A stretch of DNA of 64,000 nt, taken from positions 893,988-957,987 of the forward strand of contig MU053588.1 of NCBI GenBank assembly GCA_013239625.1, written 5' to 3'. The notes under the pieces are model-generated. The model did not search any database. It saw nothing but the letters and a program-made list of their open reading frames with translations, and was not told the DNA's origin. Positions 36,901-49,795 of the stretch are shown piece after piece (position 1 is the stretch's first letter; each line of letters starts with the position of its first letter). The translations under genes and the position numbers were made by a program. Origin of the DNA: Lama guanicoe (lineage: Eukaryota).

Positions 36901-39900
36901 AGGTGCTTGTGGTAATTTGACTATGAAGTGGCCTACCCTGGCGGAGAGTGGACAGGGAAGTTTCAGAAAGGTCCTTCTGGGGGCTGCTAAGAGCACCAGC
37001 ACTTTCTTCCTGACCTAACATTGCCGGCTCTGGCCTTTCAGTGCTAAGCTCCCCTTGGCCCGGGGAGACAGGCACTTATCCAAAAGGATCCTACAGACTG
37101 TTCTGTTGCCTTTGAAAGCCTTATTTCTATGCTGGATGTGTATGTCTTTGATAATGAGGGCAGGGACAAAATCAACATGCAACTGAATTTCAATTTAGTT
37201 GGGTGGGTTGGTATCTTTGTTGTTAGATGCTGCGTTTCTTTCCTGTATGAGGAGGGAATCGCTAAGAAGGCCTGATGGTGACACTTTAGATACAGCTCAC
37301 TGGAACTTAGTGCTAGATCTTAAGGCTCTGGAAAACTGTGGGCCACCTCCTATAGGTCTGTGCACGTTCTCTCTTTCCAGGATTGCCCTGCCAAGCTAAT
37401 TGGTCTCTGTTTCGTTGTGTTTTAGAATTTTGCCAAGTTTCAAAGATAGTGGGAAGATGCCGGGCCGCCATCCCTAGGTGGTGGTACAATGTCACTGACA
37501 GATCCTGCCAGCAGTTTGTGTATGGAGGCTGTGAAGGGAATGACAATAATTACATGACCAAGGAGGAGTGTCTTGCAAAATGTGCTGGTGTCACAGGTAA
37601 GACAGTGCTAGTTGGGGAAGTTTTATTATCTAGAGGCAGTTTATTAATTGGGATGTAAATGCCTTTTGCTTTCATTAGTTCCTCATGGCTGAACCTGGGA
37701 GGTATTTTAAAAAGCAGAAGAAACAGGCACAGTGTGTATGTCACCCACACAGTGGTTTCACGGCGGTAGGCTCCCTCCTCTTCCCAGAAAGGGCAGAGTA
37801 GGCCACAGACTGGAGCCGGGGGAGGACTGCATCTTCTCGACTTCCTTTCTCCTACTAGTGAGTGCAAGTCCCACTCCAGACCTGGCATGAGCAGAGTCCT
37901 CCAGGTCCCCTCAGACGGGCTGCCGCCTTGCTTCCTGGGCATTTGGGTTCTTTTTACCTCTGAGTTAAATGACTTGAGGTCACCCAGCTAGCCAAATTAC
38001 AAATCACGTCAAAAATAGAACATACTTCCTGGAATCCATCCTTCTCCCAGCCCTCACTAGGGGAGGATTCTGTGGAATCAAGATAATACTGACCCTGAGA
38101 GCCTCCCAGTTGAAATAAAAACCTAAAGCCCCACAGCAGTATACGCTGGCTCTGAACAGAGCCTTGGGGAACTCCTTGAGACCTGATGGCAATGAGATGT
38201 TGGCTTTCTGGGGCCTGATTCCTCCCAAGTGTTCAGAGACCCAAGGATTTGGGCAGCCAAACTGTTAAAGATTTTCATTGATGATTTTCTTAGCGTTGTT
38301 ACATTGATGCATCCTCTCCTGATGGCTTGGCATCAGTGTTAGGACTCTGGATTATGATTCTGTGTCAGGATGTGCTGGTGTCCTCTGTGCCCAGAGATGG
38401 GCCCTGCATGCTTGTCGAGTTTTAATATCTCCTCACATATTAACTCTCTCTTGGCTTTGAGCTCTGCATTCAGAAGTCAGATAAGCTTATTAAAGTCATG
38501 TGTAAAGAGAGGAAAACAACGGTGGCTTTAGCTGTGACCTGAGGTTTAAAACATAATGCCCAGGCATACAAGCCCGGCAGTGACTCGGTGCCTTGAGGAA
38601 CATTTTATTGATTTTTGTATACCTGGTGCCCAGCAGGCGCTCAACAAGTGTTTGGAGAGCTGAGGTGGCTGGTGTTGATTTTGGATCATACAGGTGGGTC
38701 CCTCATCTTTTGAGGGGGGTAACTGGCAACCTCACCACATGGTGACTGAAAAAAATACCATTTATTGTACATAGTTTTCTGTCATCAGCTATGATCCAGT
38801 GTTGGGGGAGGAATTAAGGGGAGATATTTTTGCCACCTTTTCTGTCTTTTCCCAATCAAAAGTTGACAGTAGCAGATGTACATGCCATTCTGGTTACTCC
38901 TTGGTTTCTCAGGGAGAAAGTTGTAAGAACACAAGCAGTGGACAGTGGGCCTTAGGACAGAATGTCTCTACAAGGGGCCACGGGGTGTTGTGTTTTGCTG
39001 GGAGAAGGCAGACAGCTGTCTCCCTAGAAGTCAGCCAGTCTGGCCCCAGCCTCGAGGTCTCAGAAGGCTCATTTGCTGGCACCCGAGCCTGGCTCTACTG
39101 CACAGCTCGTGAGGCGTTCTCTTGTGAGCCTGTGAGGAGCTGAAGCTGCCAGGGCAGCTCGTCACTGGAGTCTTTGGCAGCATATTCTCCCCCAGGCAGG
39201 CAAGCTCTGGGGAGCCAGATGATAACGAGAATGCCAGTTTATTTATTAATAATTAATTAATTAATTATAATGAGAACCAGAATCACTGAAAGACCAGACA
39301 CTTCATCTCTGTGCCTACACCTTTAGTCCATGTAGGCAAACCTCTCAGCCAGATTCCCAGAAGATTGCTTGATGAGGAAAGAGGCAGAACTAGGAGAGTT
39401 GGTTTGTGATAGAAATGTTTAATGGCGTCAGGTTAGACCAGCCCTACACCTCTCCATAGGGGAGGGTCCCACCCTCCTGGACCTTGCCAGCACCACCTTT
39501 TTTGCACTTCCTTAACTGGCTAACCTCTCCACCCCACCCCCTTAACTTTGTGTGTGTGAGATAAAATATACATAACATAAAATTTACCATTTTAACCATT
39601 TTTAAGTGTACATTTTAGTGGCATTAAGTACATTCACACTGCTGTGCACCCCCTTCACTTTTCAATTCATTAGGCGAGTTAATACAGTTTGCCAGGTTAC
39701 TTGGCCCTGGAAGCCATTCTGTCTTTTTATAAAGTCATTTCACATGTCTTTGCTCTGATTCCCAAGCTGGTTGATCTTAAAGTTTAGCCCACAAGGCAGT
39801 CTTGGTTCCTTATTTTCCAAGTTCTGATGGGCTTGTGGTCCAGCGTGTGCATTGAAGGGCCCACATAAAGGAGAAATGGGAGTCGCTGTGAGAGGCACAC

Positions 39901-42900
39901 AGGACCAAGCCTGCTCGGGGATGCAGCTTGTTTTGTCTCATCAGCAGTCTTGGATGTACGCTTTCTCACTGTGTTGTTTATTTGTCCCCTTGTAGAGAAC
40001 ACCATTGATGGTCCAGCCACCAGCAGGAATGGAGCAGATTCCTCTGTCCCAAGTGGTAGGTTCTTAAAAAGACCCAGGATGGAATGAGGGCCATCCAGAT
40101 GGGTAACTGTGAAAGGACATCTGTACTTTGGGAGTTGTACAAGGGCCTCCATCTCCTGGTACTGTTTACTCAGAATTGGCAGATGGGGGCTTTGCCTGGG
40201 CTGCCAGCTTCTGGCTCCTTGCTGGCCTCCTTATCCTGGGGAGTTCATATTGTCCAGCAGACAAGAGGGCTGAGGGATTCAACAGAGCTTCCTGGCTGAC
40301 CTCAGCTTCCTCCTGGGGGACGGGATTGTGGTTGCTGCCAGGTGGGCTCAGGCCCCTTCCTTCTCTTTGGGCTGGCCTCAAGTCCCCTGGCCTCTCCTGC
40401 TGTGCTGTCTTCACTGCCCTGTCCCACCTCCTTGCCTGTTTTGTCTCCTTTGCTTCCTGTTGTCCTTGTCGTCTCCCTCCCTGTGCTGAGTCCTCTGTCC
40501 TCTGCCACCCCTGCCTCCAATTCCCACTGCAGTCCTTGATCTCGAGCTTTGTGTTAGCTTGCTTTGTAGTGCTGACAGCAGCTGCCCCATTCCTCCTTTA
40601 TGCTTAAAGGACTTTGCATCAGGAGCCTGGGGTGAGTGGTCCAGATGCACTAGCAAGCCCAGCCCAACGTTCTCAAAGGCTAGTCCCCAGGCAGTGGGTT
40701 CTGCTGGGCGAGACCTGCTGTGGAGGGAGGGAATCTGCCCCTACCCCATTTGAGGATGGCCCGTAGTCAGCCAGTGGCCATGCATTGATTGCAGTCTTGG
40801 CTCTAGTCCTTTGCCATCAGTGCCCACATGAGAGTGAGCATTTATTAGCTCAGTGGTTGGCCGACTTGCAGAATGCTGAGAGTTAGGGTAGAGTCACTTT
40901 CCAGTTTTGCCAGGCTAGGAATCCTGTGCCCGTCCTGGCCATTGCTTTCCCTGGGTTCACCGTTTATTCTCGAGCTGCCTCTGCAAAGTCATCCAGAGCC
41001 ATGAGGTACCAGCATAATAGTTCTGGTTTTCATCCTGTTTCAGAAGAAAATTTCCCTAAGAGAATAAGGGGCCTCCTCCCTGTGCCAGAGAGTGAATACC
41101 TCTGGTCTTCCTCATCACCCCAGAAACTATGGCTGGGATTAGATTCCAGAGCAACCCCTGAAGTGACAGGCAGGCCTCCCCATCCAGTATTCAGTCCGTG
41201 TGTGCAGTAGAGCCCATTAGGACTGGGAGCTGATGGAGCAAAGCTGCCCAGGGAGGGGGGCTCCACTCCTTTCCTTCCAGGTATCAGAGTGGGCCCTTTT
41301 ACACTCAGCCCTGGCTAGGCCATGTGTCCTGTGTCCATCCCAGCCTCCCTGACATGGATGTTTGTGTTTCAGTTCCCAGAAATCAGGATTCTGATGACCT
41401 CTCCAATGATATTTTCAACTATGAAGGTATAACTTTTAAGAAATATTCACATATGGATAAAATGTGTTTCCTTACTTAGCTGGGAATTAAGACAAACTTG
41501 AAGATTTCCATTAAGGAAATTGTAGAGAGAGGCTTCCCGGCCTTTCCCAGGTGGGAGGACTCATGAGGATGCCCCGGGTGGCAGGAAGCAGGAAGTGCCA
41601 CAGCATGCCCTCAGGAAGCTTGTGCTTACAAGGCAGCCTGGTGTGCAGGCTCTGCCTCCCACCAGCTGTGTGCTGTGGGTAGCTTACTGTAGCTCTGCCT
41701 CAGAGCCCCTGAGTATGAAATGAGGGGCCTCAGACCTTTCAGAGACCAACTTAACACGTGTAAAGTGCCTACAAGAGTGCCTGATGCAGAGAAACCTCCA
41801 TAACAGTGTAGTTTGGCTATAAAGAGAAAGATATCTGAAAATATGGGCCAGACTGGCCACGTCTGTAATCGACAAGTTTCTTTAGCAGTGATGTTTCCTC
41901 CATTGGCAGGCAGCCATATGGCTGCTCAGCAGCATTCTAGCTCAGTTCACCTCTCCTGGGCCCTACTCATTTGTACTCCTTGGGCTGTCTCACTCCCAGA
42001 ATACTGCACTGCCGAGGCGGTCACTGGGCCTTGCCGTGCAGCCTTTCCACGCTGGTACTTTAATGCCGAGAAGAACTCTTGTGATAACTTCATCTACGGA
42101 GGATGCCGGGGCAATAAAAACAGCTATCCCTCCAAGGAGGAGTGCATGCAGCGCTGCTTCGGTGAGTCTGCCTGATTCCTAAATCCAGGAAACAACCTTG
42201 GGTGAATGAGCCCTCCCAAGAGGGCTCCATTTCCCCATCCCTAAGATGAAGGACTTAGAAATGCTGTCATTGGCTCTACCTCTCTCTGGCTTCCTAGTGA
42301 GGAAAGGGTGGGCTTTGGCACTGGCTATTGGGCAGATGTGTCCTAGATCCCCACCAGGTGGCAAGGCCTCAAGACCCTCAGAAGAGCTGGAAGAAATTGC
42401 TCAGAAAGAGCCCCTGTGAAGGCACAGGGCTGAGGGGAATCCGTGGGCGTGAGCAGCTCTAGGGGAGGAAGGCTGAGAGCTGACCTCAGGGTTGTGTGTT
42501 TTCTTCCAGGCAAGCAGTTGTATCCTGCCCTGCCCCACGGCACTAAAGGTAAACAGCCTTTTACCCACCTCTACCTGCCTTCCTTGACTAAGCTTTGGCT
42601 GTATTTTTGCAGGCTCATGTTGTCTTGGACACATCATCCTTCACTGTAAACATCTTTTTGGTAGAAAGTTCATGTTTCTGCACCAGTATGGCTAGGCAGC
42701 TTGGAATATGTGGATGTTTGTCCCACCATACAGTGTACATAAACAGGGGTTAGGAGTGAGGCTGTCTCTGCGCAGGCAGCCTGGAGGTGACTAGAGGACA
42801 CACTCTACTGTTTTGGCTGTGCAGGGACCTGCTCTACATGGGCCTGAGACTGTTTCCAGGTTTGGGGGGAGCTTTGCTGCTGAGGGGTGTGCAAAGTTGG

Positions 42901-44037
42901 TCATGGGTGACACGAATTAAGATGGAGAGCCCTTACTGTGTGTGGGCGGAGTGTGGCCCTAGTCCATGCTGTTGTCCCTGAGCAGTCTGGTCTGACAAGG
43001 AGGCTGGGCCTTTTCTCGCTTTTGTTTCTGATTCTGAGCCTGAGTCATGCATGGATGGTAGTGTTTGGACAAAAGACCTGCCACACTGGTTTGGCCTCTT
43101 TCCACCTGTTTCCCTGTTAAGGAGCCCAGGCCTGACCTATGTGTCTGCTCTGCTTTAGAAGAGGAATGAAGCTGGAACCTGGTTTGCCAGGCATGGGGGT
43201 CTGGAGGGTTGAAGATGGAGAGGGGATTGACGCTGTCCACTTCTGTAGCCAAGTAGGGAGAGGGAGCCAGGTAGCTGCCACAGGAGGATACATTCCTTCG
43301 ATGGATCCACACCTGAAAAAAAAAGCATAGTAACTGACCAGTGGGACTGCACTGGGGCAACCACTGTTAAATTTACTTGGGTAACTAGGAGCATGAGCGT
43401 CCCCTCCTGGCCCTGATTCCAATACCTCTTGTCTCCTCCCTTCCCTCATTCCACAGGTACCACCCCAGCCACCTGCAGGGCCACATCTTTCTCTGTGGCT
43501 GATCGGGGCAAGGGAAGGGGGTATGCTTTTTACATCCTAGTGTGCATCTTTTGGCCTGAATCCCCTGAGAGGTGGTAGGGAAAGAGAGTTGAAGTGGAGA
43601 GTTTCTGGTCAAAAAAAAAAGGAATACAAATAGCCTCTCTGTGTGCATGTAGCATAGTGCCTCCTTTTTTCAGGAACCTGCTTCTCAGGACTGTAGGGAC
43701 TCTCCTTGATGACTTTCTGGCAGGCAGTGCCAGTTCTCCAGACTCTCCCAGGTTGGGGTCAGGGGAACACCTGGTCCAAGAGCTGCTGGTCTTCACCCTG
43801 AGCCCACGTGGACACTCTGGCTGCTGCCTGCCTCATCCTGCTGGTTCTGAGGCCTCTCTCTCTTCTGCAGTGGTGGTCCTGGCAGGGCTGTTCGTGATGG
43901 TCCTGATCCTCTTGCTGGGAGCCTCCGTAGTCTGCCTGATCAGGGTGGCACGGAGGAACCAGGAGCGCACCCTCCGCACCGTCTGGAGTTCCGGGGACGA
44001 CAAAGAGCACCTGGTGAAGAACACTTACGTCCTGTGA
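21773..44037 (+). CDS. SPINT2: Kunitz-type serine protease inhibitor 2 (HAI-2, placental bikunin); join(21773..21878, 37426..37596, 39996..40055, 41373..41426, 42000..42161, 42510..42548, 43871..44037), 252 aa
   Basis: 106+171+60+54+162+39+167 = 759 nt, all introns GT-AG phase 1. Signal peptide, two 6-Cys Kunitz domains (GRCRA, GPCRA), TM segment, C-terminus ...LVKNTYVL*. Confidence 0.98.
22740..23280 (-). mobile_element. L2 3' end relic
   Basis: TTCATTGATTCAGCAAAACTTATTGAGC...GTCAGGGAAGGGCTCTCTGAGGAGGGTGACAT. Confidence 0.7.
23990..24700 (-). mobile_element. L2 ORF2 endonuclease-region relic
   Basis: Minus-strand frame 24259..24486 retains [10 protein letters not shown], the APE-endonuclease GDFN motif context. 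Confidence 0.65.
28798..29652. mobile_element. MER21-like LTR
   Basis: CTGACCAACCTGCTATAAATCAAGGGTTCCCACAACCCCCTCC...GAATGGCTCACAGAACTCAGGGAAAC signature; name from recall. Confidence 0.6.
31303..32578. mobile_element. MER58B-like hAT element split by a SINE and a Tigger13-like element (about 31660-32520)
   Basis: GGCGAACTGCAGC...AAGTTTTATTGGAATGACAGCC and distal TTTACTATTTGGCC...CTGACCTTTGCTCTAGA. Confidence 0.55.
31403..31545 (-). mobile_element. tRNA-derived SINE inside a MER58B-like element
   Basis: Reverse complement of the SINE head (CTACCACTGAGCTATACCCTCCCC). Confidence 0.85.
35780..36040 (-). mobile_element. L1M 3' end relic
   Basis: TACAGAGTTGTACAACCATCCCCACATTCCAATTTTAGAACATTTCC. 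Confidence 0.7.
37426..37596 (+). CDS. SPINT2: SPINT2 exon 2 (Kunitz domain 1)
   Basis: tttag|[60 protein letters not shown]; donor ACAG|gtaaga. Confidence 0.98.
39996..40055 (+). CDS. SPINT2: SPINT2 exon 3
   Basis: tgtag|AG AAC...AGT G|gtaggt; [20 protein letters not shown]. Confidence 0.94.
41373..41426 (+). CDS. SPINT2: SPINT2 exon 4
   Basis: ttcag|TT CCC...GAA G|gtataa; [18 protein letters not shown]. Confidence 0.94.
42000..42161 (+). CDS. SPINT2: SPINT2 exon 5 (Kunitz domain 2)
   Basis: cccag|[61 protein letters not shown]; donor G|gtgagt. Confidence 0.98.
42510..42548 (+). CDS. SPINT2: SPINT2 exon 6 (39 nt)
   Basis: ttccag|GC AAG...AAA G|gtaaac; [13 protein letters not shown]. Confidence 0.92.
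43871..44037 (+). CDS. SPINT2: SPINT2 exon 7 (TM and cytoplasmic tail, to stop)
   Basis: ctgcag|[60 protein letters not shown]. Confidence 0.97.
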
Positions 44038-44482
44038 ACACCCTGTCGCTAAGGGGCTGCCCTCCTCCACCCGCTGTTGATGAAGAGAACCTGGGAAGGG
44101 AGGGGAGACAAGTGTCGAATGCGTGTGTACTTTTTCAAATTGAGTGATTGATTTGTATTTGTGCGATCATTAGGGTTACTTCACAAGGTAAGAGGGCTTG
44201 CTGCCTGGTCTCCTGGGGTGTGTTTGCTTTGGAAATCCTCTTAGATAAGGGCTGCGTGCATTGCAGGTGGTCTGGCCCTCGACTGGAGTCAGCTCCTCTT
44301 CGATTTATTTCTTGGCACCAGGTATAGTTTTCTTCACATATGTTGAATCTTATTGTCTCCTTTCCCATTACAAAAGTGATGCTTTAATAGTTTCCTTTGT
44401 TTGTTTGTTTGTTTTTTAAGTAAGCAGAAGCATAAGTTTTTTATTAGGATTCTGAAAGGAAGAAAGTAAGATGTACAAGTTT

Positions 44483-44512
44483 AATAAAAAGGGCCTTCCC
44501 TTTTAAAATAAA
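44483..44512 (+). terminator. SPINT2 tandem poly(A) signals
   Basis: AATAAA at 44483-44488 and 44507-44512, followed by a GT/T-rich tract. Confidence 0.8.
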
Positions 44513-45255
44513 TTTCAGCATGTGCTTTCTTTCTTTATAGGACTGCTAATTTAAAAACTCTACCAAAATTACCACAGGACACTACATGAGATGCCCCATT
44601 CTAGAAATGAACTCCTTAAAAAAAAAAAAGCATCTTTCAGATCTTTTTGAATGAAATACATCTTTCATTACAGCTGAGTGCCCATAAAGTTTCACCAATA
44701 ACATTTAGCCTTCCCACCTATGGTAAGCTCTGATTGTTTTTATTCTATTTCACTTTTTAAAAATTCTGGTCACACTGTACTAACTTTTTTTTTTAATTGA
44801 TCCACTTTGGCACTCATGATTTTCAAGTTTCCCTGCAGCTCTGCCATCTTCCTCAGGCCTTCCACATGTCCCTTTATTGAAATGGGAACAGGGTACCACC
44901 AAGCTTAGTCCTAGTTCTGCTGCCTACCTGTAGATGTTCCCTGCCTGTCTTTAGGCTCTCAAAGCCCTTTTTCCCCCCTCTCTTCTTCCAAACACGTACT
45001 CCTAAAACACGGAGCAGCATCTGGGCAACCCAAGGGGTCAGGCAGGCGCCCTGGGACCTCTACCCGCCTCAGTGACTCAGAAGGCTGGGCCCCAGCCCGG
45101 GAGTGGGTGGAGGTGCTGGGCCAGGCTGTGGGCCCCATGCAGTCTGACATGATAGTTTCAGGTGTTGCTTTGGCCTCTTGGAACAAAAAGACAATAAGTC
45201 CTCCTTTCCTTGACCTTCATGGAAATCCCTTCTGGTCAAAAGGCCACATTCTCTA

Positions 45256-45566
45256 CAGGCGCACCTTATTTTACTGTGCTTCGCAGGTGCTACATTTTTA
45301 AATTTTACAAATTGAAGGTTTGTGGCAACCCTGCATTGTCAGGTGATGGTTAGCATTTTTCAGCAATAAAGTATTGTTTAATTAAGGTATATACATTGGG
45401 GGTTTTTTTAGATATAATGCAGTTGCATTCTTAGTAGACTATAGTATAGTATAAACATAACTGTTACATGCACTGGGAAATCTAAAAAGTACTTGTGACT
45501 CGCTATATTGTGATATTTGCTTCCTTGTGGTAGTCTGGAACGAACTCAGTATCTCAGGAATGCCTG
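45256..45566. mobile_element. Internally deleted Tigger1-type (TcMar) DNA transposon
   Basis: Terminal inverted repeat CAGGC...GCCTG, TA TSD on both sides, TTTTACAAATTGAAGGTTTGTGGCAACCCTGC core. Confidence 0.85.
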
Positions 45567-46299
45567 TACGTTGGGGGAAAGACTTGTATCTGTTAGGGCT
45601 TAGAAATCTGTTCCAGAAGCAGTTGGGCAAATACCTTATCCACTTCCTCCCAGCCTCTGTGGTCCATGGTAGACGTTGCTCACGGACTCTGGCATTCTCC
45701 CTCCCAAGTTGGTGAGCAGGTGAAACCTACTTGCTGTATCTCAGACAAATTGGGACTCCCAGTGCTCTGGAAGAGCCTGTGGTCCAGGAAAGTGGGCCTA
45801 GGCATTGGGAAGAGACTCCCCACCCACCACTCTCCAGCTGTGCAGCAGCAGTTGGGTCACTTAACTCCTTTGAGCCTCTGGTTTCCTCACCTGTAAAATG
45901 GGTGGATGTGAGGGTCACATGAGATTATAGATGTGGTGTCTGCCTCTGCCCACCTACCTGTGTCCTCATTTCTCCTCAATAGTTGGTGGCTCTCCCCTAC
46001 ACCCACCCTGCCATCCCATGAGCAACCCTCAAGTCCACTTGTGTCCTTTCGTGTTTCTCTGCCTACTTGAACAAGAGTTGTCTCTCCTACATACCTTAGT
46101 CATGTGAAGGAAAAAAGTAGTGTGTTTAGATTTTAAAAGAAACTGTTGGGAATCACTTTTAAATAATTCTTCTGCAGAAGGAACATCATGAAGTGAACTC
46201 TAACACCATCAAGGCCAGGTGAACTTTTGTAAGTTTTTCATAGAGTACCTTTATGTGTGTCTAATACAGAAGTTAGGCTCTGTGACTCACTTCTGCCAA

Positions 46300-46790
46300 A
46301 ACTTGTCCTGTTTATCTCATGGTTTGGGAGGCCCCATGGCCCCACTTGCTCCTGGCAGATTGACAGCATGGGACCTTTGGGCCCTCTTGGTGTGCCAGTG
46401 GTGTCTCGCTTCTGCATTTTTCCAGGTTAGGATGCTGCTGTTCCAGTCTGGTCGGCTCTTTGCCACACCACTGTAGCTCCTAAAACTAAACTGCCATGTT
46501 TTCAGTTTTCTGGACATTTTATAGGCTGACATTGGTCTCCTCTTTTTGTTACAAAGGCTACCCAACAATAGGCCAATAGCTAAGGTGTTCAATGGACATT
46601 TTACGGCCTTTGTCATCCTCACGCTGCTGACAGCATTTAGAGGTGAAATGGACTTTAAAAAATCGACTCAACAAAGATAGCTCACTCTGCCTCTTCCTGG
46701 TCCACACACTTTAGCAAGGCAGTTTGGTCATTGAATGTGGCTGTCAACAGAAAGGGATTATCTCTGGACCATCTCCTGAGTAAAGGTCAG
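46300..46790 (+). mobile_element. Decayed ERVL-class integrase coding remnant
   Basis: Broken frames read SWQIDSMGP ... FVTKATQQ*ANS*GVQWTFYGLCHPHAADSI*R*NGL ... AVWSLN, matching the retroviral IN core pattern WQVDYIGP...QWTFHxPYHPQAAGLIERWNGLLK. Confidence 0.7.
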
Positions 46791-49429
46791 GTCAAGGGGG
46801 TTGGGAGTCATACAGACTATTTTGACAATTTTGGAATTCTATCCTCATCATTCCTGTGTATGATGCACCTTCGCCCTAACAGCAAGCCCGGGCACACCTG
46901 GTTGGTGAACCCTCCTGATGGCAGCTGACCAGAAAGGGGCCTCAGATTAAAGTTAGCACTGGTTCGGCCCCCCACATTCTTTCTCGGACGACTGGTCCCA
47001 GGTCATGAAGACAACAGCCACTGGGTCATTGAGTGCTCTGCCTGCCAGGTCTCCCTACAGTGGCCCACATGGTCTCTATAAATTTGTAAAAATGTTTGTT
47101 CCATTCACATCTGATCCTTCCAAACAAAAGGTTTGAGTGTGAGTAGGTCATGACAAAGATGACTCCCATCCCAGAGTCACTGGTTGCAGATCCTTGGAGG
47201 GAGAGCAACAACCTGGCACTTGGGGAAGGAACACCTCAGACTCCAGGAGGTGAGGGGCAAGGTGGGGAGCAACCAGTGCTCTCTCTCCTCCAGATCCAGC
47301 ACCTGGTCCAGCTGAGCCCTGCGGCACCTGCAGCTGGCAGTGTGACCCGCAGACCCGGCCAGTCCTGAACGAGTCTGCTGCGCCTGATGCCACCCGCAGC
47401 GGGCCTGAGTGTGGGCCCCACCCCTAGACGTTTACAAACACTTAGACCTGCTCAGTCTTGTTTTAATCTGGCTGATAACATAATCACACACTTTCTATGC
47501 CCACGCAGCCCTGGGCTATGCCATGTATGGCAATTAAGGTTGTATCTACTCAGTGGCGCTGCCCATGTGGCTTACCCAAACCAGTGCAGGGGTGTTCCAA
47601 GTCAGGTTTAACAACAAATCATGTCCTGTGCCCAGTACTCTGAGCCTTCATGTGGGAAAGAATGAGTCACTATGTCTCTTCATTGGGCATGAGGGCTACT
47701 TTTGGACCTTGCAATTATTGGCAGTGGCACCAGAGGTCAGCAGGTCGGTCTGAACTCCCTTGTGTGGGTCCTAATGGATGACAGACTGGCCTATTACATC
47801 CTGGCTGTCTGAAATCAGCCCTGATTGTTCACAGCTAGATGAGTCCAGGATCCTGGATGGCAGATTGGCCTTATATCAACAGGAGTCACTGCCTCTTGGT
47901 CCTAGCTAAATGCCATATGAGACAAACTGAGTGAATTTGGTCCCAGCCTCTTGTCAGATTAATCCAAGCCCCTGACGGCATCCTCATGCGAAAATTCACC
48001 AGAAGCCAAGAGGGGTGCACTGTTGGGAGAGAGTGCTCTGTGGGGGTCTTGTGCACTACAGGTCTTGCTGGGTGTACCAAGACCGCACAGCCCTGGCAGC
48101 TGTTTCCCTGGGCCATTTCTCAGGGTTGGGTTTGCAGCGAGCACCTTGAAAGATGAAGTGATGTAGTGGTTCCCTCTAGGACAAAGAGCAGGCCTGCCTA
48201 CTGCTTGCTGCAAAGTGGCAGGTTCCCATGCTCAGTGTCCCTCTTGTAATGGCAGCCATCCACTGTAGGTGTGGGGTCCATCTGGACCCTCTGCTTTGCT
48301 CCCAGGGGCAGGGGAAGTCAACACACATGTTGATGCTTATGCTGCTTGCTGTGATGTCTCTGACCCAGGAGTCTCAAGGGTTCTCCCAGCATTTTGGAAA
48401 CAGTTACAAGGCTAATTTATTAGCTTGTAAATAGAATGAAATCAAATCCCAGACACAACAGTCAGCTGGGCAGAGGCCAAGCTTGGGTTTCCCTAGCTGG
48501 GCTGTCAGCAACTTGGCACCTCCCAAAGGATGCTCTGCTGAGATTTTTCTGGTGATTAGTATTCCAGAACATCCAGGGCTCAGTGCAGCATTTCTGTCTT
48601 GTGGGAAAGGAAACTGAGTCTCTGCATACTGTGTGCTTAAGGTCAGCTATCTCCTGGGATGTGGTTAGGCTCAAAGAAAACATCCCAGAACAGGGATTAT
48701 GATGTTTATAGAGCTGGGGTGCCGTGGTCATGCAAGCTTCAGGAAGGAGACGAAACCGGGCCTCAGCAGTTCCTCTTCCAACTGGTCATGTCGGTCCTCA
48801 GACATGTAGGAGCACTGGAGCACCACAGGAGACTGTCTCCCAGCACTCTGCTCCTCGGTCCTGTGCCACTAGAGCTGGCATCCAGAAATCTCTTCCTAAA
48901 TTGCAGTGATTAAGTAAAAATGTGAGGGTTGGAGTGACCCTCTGTAGAATGTCTACTGGTGACATGTTGGAGAAAGGGTAAGCTGATGTAGCAGTGAATG
49001 ACATCGGTGTCACAGGTCAGTTGGGAACACAAGTTCCTTTTTCCTACAAAGAAGACTTTGCTTGTACCCTTAGGACCAAGTCATTTTAGGCAGAAATAAT
49101 GAGGAAACAAGCAGGGGAGCGCAGTGCCATTAGATGCCAGGGGCAGGCAGGGCCTGGGAAGACAGACATAAGCCACTGTTCGTGCTCCTGTTAACTATGG
49201 GAGATAAGCACTGAATGGCAGAGAACTAATTTTCCAAAAAGCAGATGGACATGCCCTTGTCTTAGGGGCTCACATCTATATTTTTCATCCAAGCATTTAT
49301 GTCCAACTTCCCAGCTTTAATCTCTCCTCCATTTGTAAACTTTCCAGAGTAGGAGAGTAAGGGACACTCACTGCCACCAATAAGGAGTAGTGATAGGTTT
49401 CCAGGTCCCAATTTCCCCCTTCTTCCTCT

Positions 49430-49795
49430 TGTTAATAGAAGTCCCCAGGTTTTAGCCAGATTTGTGGCTGCCCAGCTAGGAACTCTATTTCCCTGTCTCC
49501 TTTGCAGTAGGATGTGACTAGGTGTCTTAAGTCCTTACTGAAGGGATGTGTGCTGCCTCCAGGTTGGGTCCTTAAAAGGAAGTGGTGTGCCCTCCATTTG
49601 CCCTTTCTTTTCCTGGAGGGATGTCCAGTACCCAGACAGAAGGAGCCGGGTCCCGGGATGGTCTCAGGGAGCTGCCTGCTCACCTGCTCTGGTCTCCCAC
49701 AAGCTCAAGCTTTCATGTGAGAGAAAAGTGAAGCTCTCCTGTTAAGCCTCTGTCTTCAGAGTCTCTGTGAAAGCTGCCACATCCTAAATATATAG
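49430..49795. mobile_element. ERVL-class LTR (LTR16/LTR33-like)
   Basis: TGTGGCTGCCCAGCTAGGAACTCTATTTCCCTGTCTCCTTTGCAGTAGGATGTGACT motif. Confidence 0.5.

Noticed and set aside
40128..40656. 159-aa hydrophobic ORF in SPINT2 intron 3
   Set aside because: Pyrimidine-rich intronic composition, non-ATG start, no recognisable homology or splice support
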